A stretch of DNA of 64,000 bases from a virus (taxonomy: Duplodnaviria; Heunggongvirae; Uroviricota; Caudoviricetes): IMG/VR virus record IMGVR_UViG_3300021256_000061; one strand, given 5' to 3'. The first letter of the stretch is position 1. The number at the start of each line of letters is the position of its first letter. Position numbers and translations under genes: made by a program. Shown one piece after another: positions 8,887 to 16,968 of the stretch. Under the pieces are notes generated by a model that did no database searches, was not told the origin of the DNA, and saw nothing but the letters and a program-made list of their open reading frames with translations.

Positions 8887-9024
8887 ATTGTCGTGCTTTA
8901 TGTTAACTCACTTACTTATTTGCAAAGACCATACCAAACTTAATTCGGTTACTTTTTATTTTGGTGTTGAAAAGGGGTGACCATAGGATAGCCACCCCCA
9001 AAACAACACTAAAATGATATGGAA

Positions 9025-9495
9025 TTAACAATATTCGCCATCGTCAATTACTCTTGCGATTTCGTCCCTATCTTCAAGGGGAAGTCCGAAGAAACTGACA
9101 TAATTGAGGTCACACTCGTCTATTTCTTTGACAGGTTTACTGCTGTTGCTATCATCGGTAGTTATGACCTTTATATCCTCGTTGCCCTCGTCAAGCATAA
9201 AGCCAACTGCGGTTGAGCCATCGGAAAGGCAGAACGGATTTTCTATATCAGCGATTTCTCCGTCCTCAAATGTTGATTTGACATCGAAGTAGGTCTGCTC
9301 GCAATATCTTGCTCTTTCTTCATCGCTGGGCTTGTTGTCGGCCTTGTTGAGCCAATCTTCATCTACGAAGTAGGCGGAACTGCCGAAATCTTCTATGCCC
9401 TTATCATCGTTGATAAGATAGGAGTTTTGTCTAAACCCTGCTTTGGTCATAAGGTCTTGGCTCTCGGGCCAAGTTACTACTACATACTTTCCCAT
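9025..9495 (-). CDS. acidic protein (156 aa), candidate DNA mimic
   Basis: ORF; D/E-rich; promoter motif at about 9528-9543. Confidence 0.5.
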   Translation of the reverse strand: MGKYVVVTWPESQDLMTKAGFRQNSYLINDDKGIEDFGSSAYFVDEDWLNKADNKPSDEERARYCEQTYFDVKSTFEDGEIADIENPFCLSDGSTAVGFMLDEGNEDIKVITTDDSNSSKPVKEIDECDLNYVSFFGLPLEDRDEIARVIDDGEYC

Positions 9496-9604
9496 TGTTG
9501 TTGTGTTTATTGGTTTATACTTTTACCTATGCAAAGACTATGCCATTGTTTCTTAAAGATAGGGGGAGCATTGGGTTTTCACTCCCCCTTTTGATATGGA
9601 AAGA

Positions 9605-10333
9605 CTACATTGCAAGGTTGTAAATTTTCTCGCCCTCTGCGTTTCTTTTGAACTCGGAGTCTAACTTATAGTTCTGCTCATAGACCTTATTGAGAAGTTT
9701 TCCGCACTCGCTTTCGGGCATCTGCATATACTTCTTTGCATCTTCCACAAGGGAACGGACTGCATCTTCGGCATTGTGCCGTTTCTGCTTGTATTCATCA
9801 TCGCCATAGCGATTGTAAGGTCGGTCATTGAGAACGAGAGTGTTTATGCGTTTGTAGAGGGGCATCACATAGGGGCGGTTCTCATTGTACTTCTTCCTTG
9901 CTTTGATAAGGTCGGAAGAAAGCAGGGGGACAATGGCTTTGATAGCCTTGCGGAGTTCATCTGCGGAAATGTTGAGGGGAGAATGTACGCACTCGCGCCC
10001 CCAAGAACCACCGACATCTTCCCATTTGGCATTGATGGTATATCCACCGACAAGATAGCGAGCAGGTACATATTCAGTTCCATCGGTGCTATCTCCCTGC
10101 CAATAGACCTTTGCATAAAGTTGGTTGGTTTTGGAAAGGTCAAAACCCTCTATGGAGTGATTCCAATTGAAGTTATCGTGCACCACATCGTGTGAGAAAT
10201 TGATTTCGGTGCGGTATTCATCTACGAACCCAAATTTCTTCATAATTTCGGGGATTACTTCAAGGGACTTGTAGATGTTGTTTCCGTTAAGGATTTCGCG
10301 ATAATACTTCGCAGTTTTTCTTACTTGTGCCAT
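9605..10333 (-). CDS. hypothetical protein (242 aa)
   Basis: ORF; upstream sense sequence TGGCACACCTTTTGCT (sigma-54-like) at about 10360-10378. Confidence 0.55.
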   Translation of the reverse strand: MAQVRKTAKYYREILNGNNIYKSLEVIPEIMKKFGFVDEYRTEINFSHDVVHDNFNWNHSIEGFDLSKTNQLYAKVYWQGDSTDGTEYVPARYLVGGYTINAKWEDVGGSWGRECVHSPLNISADELRKAIKAIVPLLSSDLIKARKKYNENRPYVMPLYKRINTLVLNDRPYNRYGDDEYKQKRHNAEDAVRSLVEDAKKYMQMPESECGKLLNKVYEQNYKLDSEFKRNAEGEKIYNLAM

Positions 10334-10435
10334 AGTGTGTTATGTTTTGTTGTTTACTTGTCTATAAGCAAAAGGTGTGCCACAATTTAGACAAAAAGGT
10401 ATTGGGGGTGAATTTTTTTTATCACCCCCTGCCTT

Positions 10436-11227
10436 TTAGTATATCTTCTGCTCATACTTGACTTTACCCGTAGGGGTTTTGATGGTTACTATGAAGTATC
10501 TGCGTTTCTCGCCCTCGCACTCCAATTCGTGATACTCGGAATACTTCCTATCAATTTCATCTATGTAATCTTCTTCGCCCCTCTTGATGGTTAGGATGTC
10601 TTTGGAAGTTCTTGCGTTGCGCAATTCTTCAAGAACCCTTGCACACTTCTTGGGTTTGTTGTCAAGGAAAATCCTTTCGCCATACTCGTCCCATAGGCGA
10701 CCTCTCTTGCCACCCATATTCGCAGTGAAAAACTCGTAGTTGGAAATCTGCTTGTTGCCCCAATCAAACTTACCATACTTGTTGATGAAGTTCATAAGGG
10801 AGTTGTATTCCTTGCAAGGTGCATCAGCAAGGCAAACCTTTGTTATAACATTGACATAGGTGGTGTTGTAAAGTCCGCCAAAACAATGCGTCTGCTTTTC
10901 AAAAACGAAGTTCAGTCCGCCCCAACCTTTGACTTTCTTCTGCTCGTTCAGTAGATTCGCGACCTTGCTGAAAGTGCTACTGACTTCGGATATCGTTGAC
11001 AAATTCCGAACAATCGTCTTGCCATTAACCACAATGTTATAGGTGGTTTCGCCCTTTGTATAAGTCCCATTAGAGGGATTAAATTTAGAGGTGCATACAT
11101 CATCATAGTAAAGTTCCACCATCTGCGAGTGTCTATCCCAAGCGGTGGTCACCTTGCCCTTGTTGTACTTCTTCGCATCTGCGAGTATGGCCTTGATTGT
11201 CTTGAAAATAAGTTGTGCGTTATCCAT
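10436..11227 (-). CDS. hypothetical protein (263 aa; start moved to internal Met MDNAQLIF...)
   Basis: Promoter motif (sense TGGCACACTTCTTGCT) lies inside the longer ORF at 11250-11270, so ATG at 11225-11227 is preferred. Confidence 0.5.
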   Translation of the reverse strand: MDNAQLIFKTIKAILADAKKYNKGKVTTAWDRHSQMVELYYDDVCTSKFNPSNGTYTKGETTYNIVVNGKTIVRNLSTISEVSSTFSKVANLLNEQKKVKGWGGLNFVFEKQTHCFGGLYNTTYVNVITKVCLADAPCKEYNSLMNFINKYGKFDWGNKQISNYEFFTANMGGKRGRLWDEYGERIFLDNKPKKCARVLEELRNARTSKDILTIKRGEEDYIDEIDRKYSEYHELECEGEKRRYFIVTIKTPTGKVKYEQKIY

Positions 11228-11308
11228 AATGTTGTTTTTTGGTTTATACCTTTCTATAAGCAAGAAGTGTGCCAACACGCTAAAATTGTCAGCACACTCC
11301 TCACCTTT

Positions 11309-11497
11309 TTAGTTGATAATTTCAAAATCATCGCACTGAGGATTGACCGCAAGACCGCCCCATGTTCCGTGTAACTGGCCGATGCTATCTATGTGTTCAA
11401 TAACACCCTCTTTGCCATTGTACCTCTGCGCTTGCCAATCAGTGCCATCGCAATCGTCCAAGTGGATAATGCGGATTTTATCGCCTACTTTTGCCAT
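11309..11497 (-). CDS. hypothetical protein (62 aa)
   Basis: ORF. Confidence 0.4.
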   Translation of the reverse strand: MAKVGDKIRIIHLDDCDGTDWQAQRYNGKEGVIEHIDSIGQLHGTWGGLAVNPQCDDFEIIN

Positions 11498-11499
11498 AG

Positions 11500-11772
11500 T
11501 TAAAAGAATTTAATGAAGTAATCGTTGGAAGTAATCTCGCCATCTTCAAGAGCGAAGTTGAACTCTGCTTGGAACTCTCGCAGGGTGTAAACATCTGCCA
11601 CCTCATCGTAGGAACTATCTATAATGTCCTTGCATTCTTGCTCGGTCATTTCCTCATCTACATAGAGAGCAAAATCATTACACTTTTCCTCGTCATTGGA
11701 GAACTTGCTCATAATGTATGCCCTCGTTTCATCTACGGGGAGCACATAAACTTTTGTTTCCTTTTTTGCCAT
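11500..11772 (-). CDS. acidic protein (90 aa)
   Basis: ORF; promoter motif at about 11798-11815. Confidence 0.45.
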   Translation of the reverse strand: MAKKETKVYVLPVDETRAYIMSKFSNDEEKCNDFALYVDEEMTEQECKDIIDSSYDEVADVYTLREFQAEFNFALEDGEITSNDYFIKFF

Positions 11773-11897
11773 ATTCGTTTACTTTTTTGGCTACACTTCA
11801 CCTATATGCAAATTCTATGCCAAACTGAAAAAAGAAAGGGAGTTAACCTTACGATTTTCTCCCTTTCCACGCTAAACACTATATATGGAACACAACT

Positions 11898-12440
11898 TTA
11901 TTTCATTTCTAACACATCTTCTTGATATGCCCTTGCATCCCTCGCAAAGAAGATGATGGTGTTCAAGTCCATATCATCTGCGACGTGCATAAGGTAATCG
12001 TAGGCATAGTCCTCGTAGTTTGCCAGCACTATGGATTTATCATCCCCTGCGCCTACATACCCTTTCGCTATCATTTCATCCATATCCCTATGCATAAGAG
12101 CCTTGAGGATGATGGACAAGGTCTTTTTGCTATTTTTCCACAACTCGTTGATGATGTCCACCAATTTGGGGTTGTGGGAGTTGGTGTCATCCATTATGAT
12201 TTTGCCAGCCTCTCTTGCCTTTATGAGATGGAGAGCACGGAGTTCTGCGTTCTCTATCTCCGCCTGCCTGCAAAGGCAACAATTCGCGCAGTATTGCTGG
12301 TCAGGTTCATCGCTTGGACGGCACATAGAGCAGGTAACAATCCGTTTTCCGCAACTGGGGCAGGTCTGCACCATCAGTTCAGCATCCAGCTCAACTTCTT
12401 CCCCACAATGGGGGCATACTTCGTAACATTTATTTTCCAT
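11898..12440 (-). CDS. double zinc-ribbon protein (about 180 aa; start at internal Met MENKCYEV)
   Basis: CPHCGEEVELDAELMVQTCPSCGKRIVTCSMC motif; promoter motif (sense TGGCATGATTATTGCC) at 12458-12482 lies inside the longer ORF. Confidence 0.5.
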   Translation of the reverse strand: MENKCYEVCPHCGEEVELDAELMVQTCPSCGKRIVTCSMCRPSDEPDQQYCANCCLCRQAEIENAELRALHLIKAREAGKIIMDDTNSHNPKLVDIINELWKNSKKTLSIILKALMHRDMDEMIAKGYVGAGDDKSIVLANYEDYAYDYLMHVADDMDLNTIIFFARDARAYQEDVLEMK

Positions 12441-12586
12441 ATCCGTATGTTTTTGATTTGCTTGTCTATAAGGCAATAATCATGCCAATCTTTATTCGGT
12501 TACTTTTCTTATTACTCAAAAGAGTACCTTTAAGCCAATGGCTTTGCAGATGCGCCTTGCAATCTTATAACAATCCTCTTTGAGAA

Positions 12587-12958
12587 TTATATTGGGGTTG
12601 CGGTGTTCCCTACGAAAAGTGTTGGCTTTTTGGGTAATCCCAGGGACTCCGCTATCTTTTCCGAACTTTCAAGTCTTGCTTGGATTTCAAGGGGGCAATT
12701 GACACAACACTTGCTATCAATATCCACTGCCCTACACATAGAGCAAGTAACAATCCTCGCTCCGCAACTCGGGCAAGTTTGTATTTTCAGTTCGGCATCT
12801 AACTCCACCTCCTCTCCGCACTGGGGACATACCTCATAGGTCTTATCCTTTGTTGCTTTCAGTTCGGGAAAAATGGTGTCAAGAAACTCGTTAGTCCCTT
12901 TGCCATAGTAGGACTTGGCTAACTGCAAACCCCTTTTGTATTTTTCTTTGTAGCCCAT
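12587..12958 (-). CDS. zinc-ribbon protein (123 aa), paralog of 11898..12440
   Basis: CPQCGEEVELDAELKIQTCPSCGARIVTCSMC is near-identical to the neighbouring gene. Confidence 0.5.
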   Translation of the reverse strand: MGYKEKYKRGLQLAKSYYGKGTNEFLDTIFPELKATKDKTYEVCPQCGEEVELDAELKIQTCPSCGARIVTCSMCRAVDIDSKCCVNCPLEIQARLESSEKIAESLGLPKKPTLFVGNTATPI

Positions 12959-12985
12959 AATTCGCCTACTTTATTCGTTGTGATT

Positions 12986-13408
12986 TTAGTAGGTGTAAAC
13001 CCAAACATAGTCATCTTTGTCCACGCACTCAAGCACCTTTTCCAGCCACGAATTAAGTTCATAGAGTGCATCAACTCTCATTTCCTTAAAAATGCCACGA
13101 GTAATAAGTTTTAGTGCCATTGGCGAACTTTCACAATCTTTAATTGCGTTGAGGGTTTCCTCGTGCAGTTTTTCAATGCACTCTTTCTTTACCGACACAT
13201 CTCGTGTCCTGCCATTTTCGGTATATAAACCAAAGTATTTAGCGAGTTTGTTAGTTGTTACAGGCTTTCCCTCACTTTGGGTATAGTGACCACCCAAAGT
13301 AGAATACTCCCCTAAAAACGTACCGCCATTGAGGATAGTTTCCCTTTCTTCGATAGCAACATCTTCCATTGCTACGTTTAATTTTCTAAATTCAATGCTT
13401 AGTGACAT
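12986..13408 (-). CDS. hypothetical protein (about 140 aa; start at internal Met MSLSIEF)
   Basis: Promoter motif 13452-13468 lies inside the 179-aa ORF; ATG at 13406-13408 verified. Confidence 0.45.
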   Translation of the reverse strand: MSLSIEFRKLNVAMEDVAIEERETILNGGTFLGEYSTLGGHYTQSEGKPVTTNKLAKYFGLYTENGRTRDVSVKKECIEKLHEETLNAIKDCESSPMALKLITRGIFKEMRVDALYELNSWLEKVLECVDKDDYVWVYTY

Positions 13409-13494
13409 ATTGTTAATTGTGTTTATTGGTTTAACTTTCTTTTGCTTTCTATGTATCAACAATCGTGCCAAACAATCTGCACTCATTTGAGTAC

Positions 13495-13737
13495 CTAATT
13501 TGATATATTGTCGGTATTGAGCCACCTAAAGGTCAGTGCATCTACGCAAGAAGACATATCCCTTACAAGCCCCATCATAGCATCTGCCTCTTCATCGGTG
13601 TAGCCGTTGTTGGTAAACACCTCGCCATCAGCACACCACCCCTCAAAACCCTCAGCCCCATTGTCTGCCAAAACATTGTTGGAGTACATATTGATAACCT
13701 GCTCGGTTATCGCCTTTATCATTTCATTGTGTGTCAT
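13495..13737 (-). CDS. hypothetical protein (80 aa)
   Basis: ORF. Confidence 0.4.
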   Translation of the reverse strand: MTHNEMIKAITEQVINMYSNNVLADNGAEGFEGWCADGEVFTNNGYTDEEADAMMGLVRDMSSCVDALTFRWLNTDNISN

Positions 13738-13744
13738 AACTCGG

Positions 13745-14029
13745 TTAGTTTATAGGATAATAGATTTCATCTTCGTAGTCCCTTGTGTTGTTGGGGTTCT
13801 CGAACTTGCTGAACCGCTCCTCGGCAAGGCACATAGGGTAATCACTGACACCATCGGTGCAAACCTCTTTGCCATCTTTGAGGTCAAAGTAAATGTGGGC
13901 ATACCTCTCCATCTCGCTACCCTCGGTGTTACGCATCGCATCTTCGTAAAAGTCCAACGCGTTCCTGCGTTTTTCCCATTTCTCAATGGAGTTGTAGCAA
14001 CATACTACAATGTAAGTTTTTTCTTTCAT
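13745..14029 (-). CDS. hypothetical protein (94 aa)
   Basis: ORF; promoter motif at about 14126-14142. Confidence 0.45.
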   Translation of the reverse strand: MKEKTYIVVCCYNSIEKWEKRRNALDFYEDAMRNTEGSEMERYAHIYFDLKDGKEVCTDGVSDYPMCLAEERFSKFENPNNTRDYEDEIYYPIN

Positions 14030-14180
14030 ATCAATATCATTTTAGTTGTGTCCATATAAAAGGGGGTGCAAGACCGAGAGTGAACTAACACCCCCCAAAA
14101 AATTGTTTCAACTCATAGGGAGTATAGGCAAAGACCGTGCCAAGTTTTAATTTGATTAGTTAATATGCCAAAGAAAAAAG

Positions 14181-14220
14181 ATAATATATAATAAGAAATT
14201 AATTTCTTATTATATATTAT
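14181..14220. repeat. perfect 40-bp palindrome ataatatataataagaaatt/aatttcttattatatattat
   Basis: Read directly; the two 20-bp halves are exact reverse complements; lies in the AT-rich divergent region between the minus-strand and plus-strand gene blocks. Confidence 0.9.
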
Positions 14221-14370
14221 AAAAAAAATACGCCCTTTAATGTAAGAATTGTCACGCTTTGCAGTATAAGGTATTAGACAAACATCAATAAAAAGTTGAA
14301 TTAAAAGTGAAAGATAATAAATAACCATTGGTATATATAAGCAAAGAAACCAACTAAACAACCCAATACC

Positions 14371-14601
14371 ATGAAAGTAAACTACACAATCGCTCTCTCG
14401 TTCTCTTATCGCCAAATGGTTGCAGTTATCAAATTCAACGGATATTTTTTTATCCGCTATGGTGGTAGCCACGAAATTTGGGGTAATGCTCACGGAGAAA
14501 TCCTCGTTATGTCGGAACACATCAAAGGAACTACCTTTGCCAGCGAATGTCGCAAACGCAAGTTCCAATTCTACGATAGTAAAGGTAAAAAAGTATATTA
14601 G
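14371..14601 (+). CDS. hicA: HicA-like (YcfA family) toxin-fold protein, 76 aa, no recognisable HicB partner
   Basis: IKFNGYFFIRYGGSHEIWGNAHGEILVMSEHIKGTTF aligns to the HicA core (G-x-x-x-R-x-x-GSH ... PvH..k.l..Gt). Confidence 0.45.
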   Translation: MKVNYTIALSFSYRQMVAVIKFNGYFFIRYGGSHEIWGNAHGEILVMSEHIKGTTFASECRKRKFQFYDSKGKKVY

Positions 14602-14661
14602 AATGCACCCTAATGCCTTTTTTGAAAAAAGTTATAAAATTATCCTAACTAAAATTCAGTT

Positions 14662-14677
14662 TGGTATGGTCTTTGAT
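14662..14677 (+). promoter_or_regulatory. degenerate plus-orientation copy of the -24/-12-like motif (TGGTATGGTCTTTGAT)
   Basis: Only 4 nt from ATG 14681, so promoter function here is questionable. Confidence 0.25.
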
Positions 14678-14680
14678 TAT

Positions 14681-15271
14681 ATGAAACGAAACACTAACAA
14701 TATGGGAAACCGTAAAGCCACCGTTGCCAAGGCACAAGGTGCTAATGCAACCAAGAACTACTTTGTAAACACCTACAATGTGCGTACGCACACTCTCATC
14801 GACTCCACTCCTTATGATACAAAGGAAGATGCAGAAAAAGCCATTCTTGAAAAAGTGGAAATGTACAACACCGCAATCGCACACCTCGCTACTCCCAACA
14901 CTATGCACCCTTACAAGGAAATAGAAAAGGGTAAGTGGCTCGCAGGTAATCTCCTTTCACTCGTTCAGTTGGGTGGGGATATGATGCTCCATATAAAAAG
15001 TGTATGGGAAATGCAGGCAATTTCCACCTGCATAGAACTCGGCACAATTGAACACGAGGAAACTATCCCCTCACAAGGTCTTATCCTTGTCGCTTACTTT
15101 GTACAAGGTCTGCATAAGGGCACTATTGCCGAAAAAGATGCAGTAATAGAGGACATTGTAAGAAGATACTATTCCGATGCGGAAACAAGAGCCACCTTTG
15201 ACCGCAGAGCATCTTTGGTAGTCAAGGCGAAAACCCCTTGGGAAATCTTCTCCGCCTTGCTCGCTGCCTAA
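14681..15271 (+). CDS. hypothetical protein (196 aa; start trimmed from 14420 ORF)
   Basis: Upstream part of ORF 14420..15271 overlaps the HicA-like gene in another frame; first ATG after it is 14681 (alternative 14702). Confidence 0.45.
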   Translation: MKRNTNNMGNRKATVAKAQGANATKNYFVNTYNVRTHTLIDSTPYDTKEDAEKAILEKVEMYNTAIAHLATPNTMHPYKEIEKGKWLAGNLLSLVQLGGDMMLHIKSVWEMQAISTCIELGTIEHEETIPSQGLILVAYFVQGLHKGTIAEKDAVIEDIVRRYYSDAETRATFDRRASLVVKAKTPWEIFSALLAA

Positions 15272-15341
15272 CTCTCTTTTGGGGGTGCTACCAACAACAC
15301 CCCCAATAATTTTGTAACTTTTTTCGTTAATTTGATTACTT

Positions 15342-15357
15342 TGGCACGATTCTTGTT
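15342..15357 (+). promoter_or_regulatory. sigma-54-type motif, plus orientation (TGGCACGATTCTTGTT)
   Basis: About 70 nt upstream of the DUF932 ATG. Confidence 0.45.
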
Positions 15358-15427
15358 TAAGTAAACGAGTGAACGGCAACGATGCCGAAATGACAAACAA
15401 GTTTAACAACTAAAAACAAACAACACT

Positions 15428-16411
15428 ATGAGTACAATGATGTCCTTCCACAATGACAATCTCGCAACCCAGTTCCTCACCAAAGACGATATCCGCAGGA
15501 TTGCGCCCAAGGTTCTCCTTAACAAGCCCACCAATCCCGATGTGTCCTCTCGCTACGCAGTGGCAAGCACTGAAAGTGTCATAGATGACCTCGCCAAACT
15601 CGGTTGGATGCCTGTGGATGCAAAGCAGCAGAAGATGCGCAAGGAATCCTCCATCCGTTCCTTCCACATCGTAGCCTTCCAAAACCCCGATGTCAAAATC
15701 TCTCGCACCGACTATGTGGACGAGCAGGGCAACAACTACGCATTCTCTCGCGTAACCGAGTTGCAGGACGAGCAGGGCAATGTTATCGGCTACGAAGGGC
15801 ACGATAGGTACGGACACACTTTCCCAGTGTTCAAGCAGGAAGGGGTGGAATGCTACCCTCGCATCGTCCTCACGAACTCCTATGACGGATTCAACTCCTT
15901 CACTTTCCGCGTGGCTCTTTTCCGCCTTGTCTGCTCCAATGGCCTTGTGGTCGCAACCGACACCTTCGTGGATATCTCCGTCCGCCACACCAAGTACAAT
16001 GTGCAGATTCTCAACGAAATCATCGCAAAGGCAATCTCCGCTATTGACGAGCAGGTCGGCACTTTCAACGATATGCGCGAGGTGGAACTCACTGACGAGC
16101 AGAAAACCGAGTTCGCCCTCAACGCAGTCCGCTATCGTCAGAACCTTCCCGATGATGCCGAAATGAAACTTGACGAGGACGGCATCGCAGACCTTCTTGA
16201 ACCCGTCCGCAACGAGGATGCAGGTAACTCCCTTTGGGCAGTGTTCAATGTCCTGCAAGAGAAGGTAACGAAGGGTGGCGCAGTGGTCGGCATCAACGGC
16301 AAGAAGGCTCGCAAGATGCGTGGCATCAAGTCCTTCGCAAAGGATATCAACATCAATCAGCGACTCTACAAGGCTGCCCTCGCCTACCTTCCCGAAAAGG
16401 TCGCTGCCTAA
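15428..16411 (+). CDS. DUF932-family protein (phage/plasmid-like protein, 327 aa)
   Basis: Core VLTNSYDGFNSFTFRVALFRLVCSNGLVV is characteristic of DUF932/TIGR03299. Confidence 0.7.
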   Translation: MSTMMSFHNDNLATQFLTKDDIRRIAPKVLLNKPTNPDVSSRYAVASTESVIDDLAKLGWMPVDAKQQKMRKESSIRSFHIVAFQNPDVKISRTDYVDEQGNNYAFSRVTELQDEQGNVIGYEGHDRYGHTFPVFKQEGVECYPRIVLTNSYDGFNSFTFRVALFRLVCSNGLVVATDTFVDISVRHTKYNVQILNEIIAKAISAIDEQVGTFNDMREVELTDEQKTEFALNAVRYRQNLPDDAEMKLDEDGIADLLEPVRNEDAGNSLWAVFNVLQEKVTKGGAVVGINGKKARKMRGIKSFAKDININQRLYKAALAYLPEKVAA

Positions 16412-16430
16412 CTCTCCAACTCTCTCAATA

Positions 16431-16457
16431 AGCACTCCGAAAGGGGTGCTTTTTTTA
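16431..16457 (+). terminator. rho-independent terminator
   Basis: agcactccgaaaggggtgct + T7. Confidence 0.6.
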
Positions 16458-16504
16458 TTGCATATACTCAAAAGAGTACCTAAATTACCACTACCCCGAT
16501 AATC

Positions 16505-16665
16505 TATCTTATTTGGCTTTATTATCTTGTGCTTTTCTATACTTTACTATCTTTCTTGTGCTTTATCATAGTCATAGTTCTTTGCTTACTTTATCTTGTA
16601 TTTTATTATACTTTATCATCCTTTTCTTGCTTTATCTTGTATTTTATTATGGCTTATTATTTCTC
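16505..16665. repeat. iteron-like degenerate direct repeats (ctttatcttgtattttattat x2 plus CTTGTGCTTT variants)
   Basis: Read directly; no ORF; between DUF932 and helicase genes. Confidence 0.6.
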
Positions 16666-16914
16666 ACAAAATACGCATAGACAAGCGCACTTGTGCAAGC
16701 ACACCAATATGCGTGCGCTCCCCCTTAATCCCCCTCGCCTTTCGGCTTGGCACGGTTATTGTTCAAGCCATCTGCGAAGTTTTTCATAGTTCGCACTGGG
16801 ATAGCCGTGATGGTCGCACCCATTGTGCTTCGTTTAGGGGAAAAAAGGGGTAGCCGTGAGGTCATACCCTTTTTTCTTGTTTCCCCATCCCCCCAAATAA
16901 CTTGATTACTTTTT

Positions 16915-16930
16915 TGGCACACGATTTGCA
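16915..16930 (+). promoter_or_regulatory. sigma-54-type motif, plus orientation (TGGCACACGATTTGCA)
   Basis: Exact TGGCAC-N5-TTGCA; 38 nt upstream of helicase ATG 16969; a second copy TGGCACGGTTATTGTT at 16757-16775. Confidence 0.5.
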
Positions 16931-16968
16931 AGGGATGCGAATTGCTAAACACAAAACACAAACGAATT

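Noticed and set aside
14113-14568. 151-aa minus-strand ORF overlapping the palindrome region and the HicA-like gene
   Set aside because: The opposite-strand 76-aa ORF has a recognisable HicA fold pattern. The upstream half of this ORF runs through an AT-rich non-coding region. No promoter motif is in the right place.
15410-16471. 353-aa minus-strand ORF
   Set aside because: Exactly antisense to the DUF932 gene, which has clear family motifs. It is a product of GC-rich codon third positions. The same applies to 15604..15807, 15780..16166 and 16138..16356.
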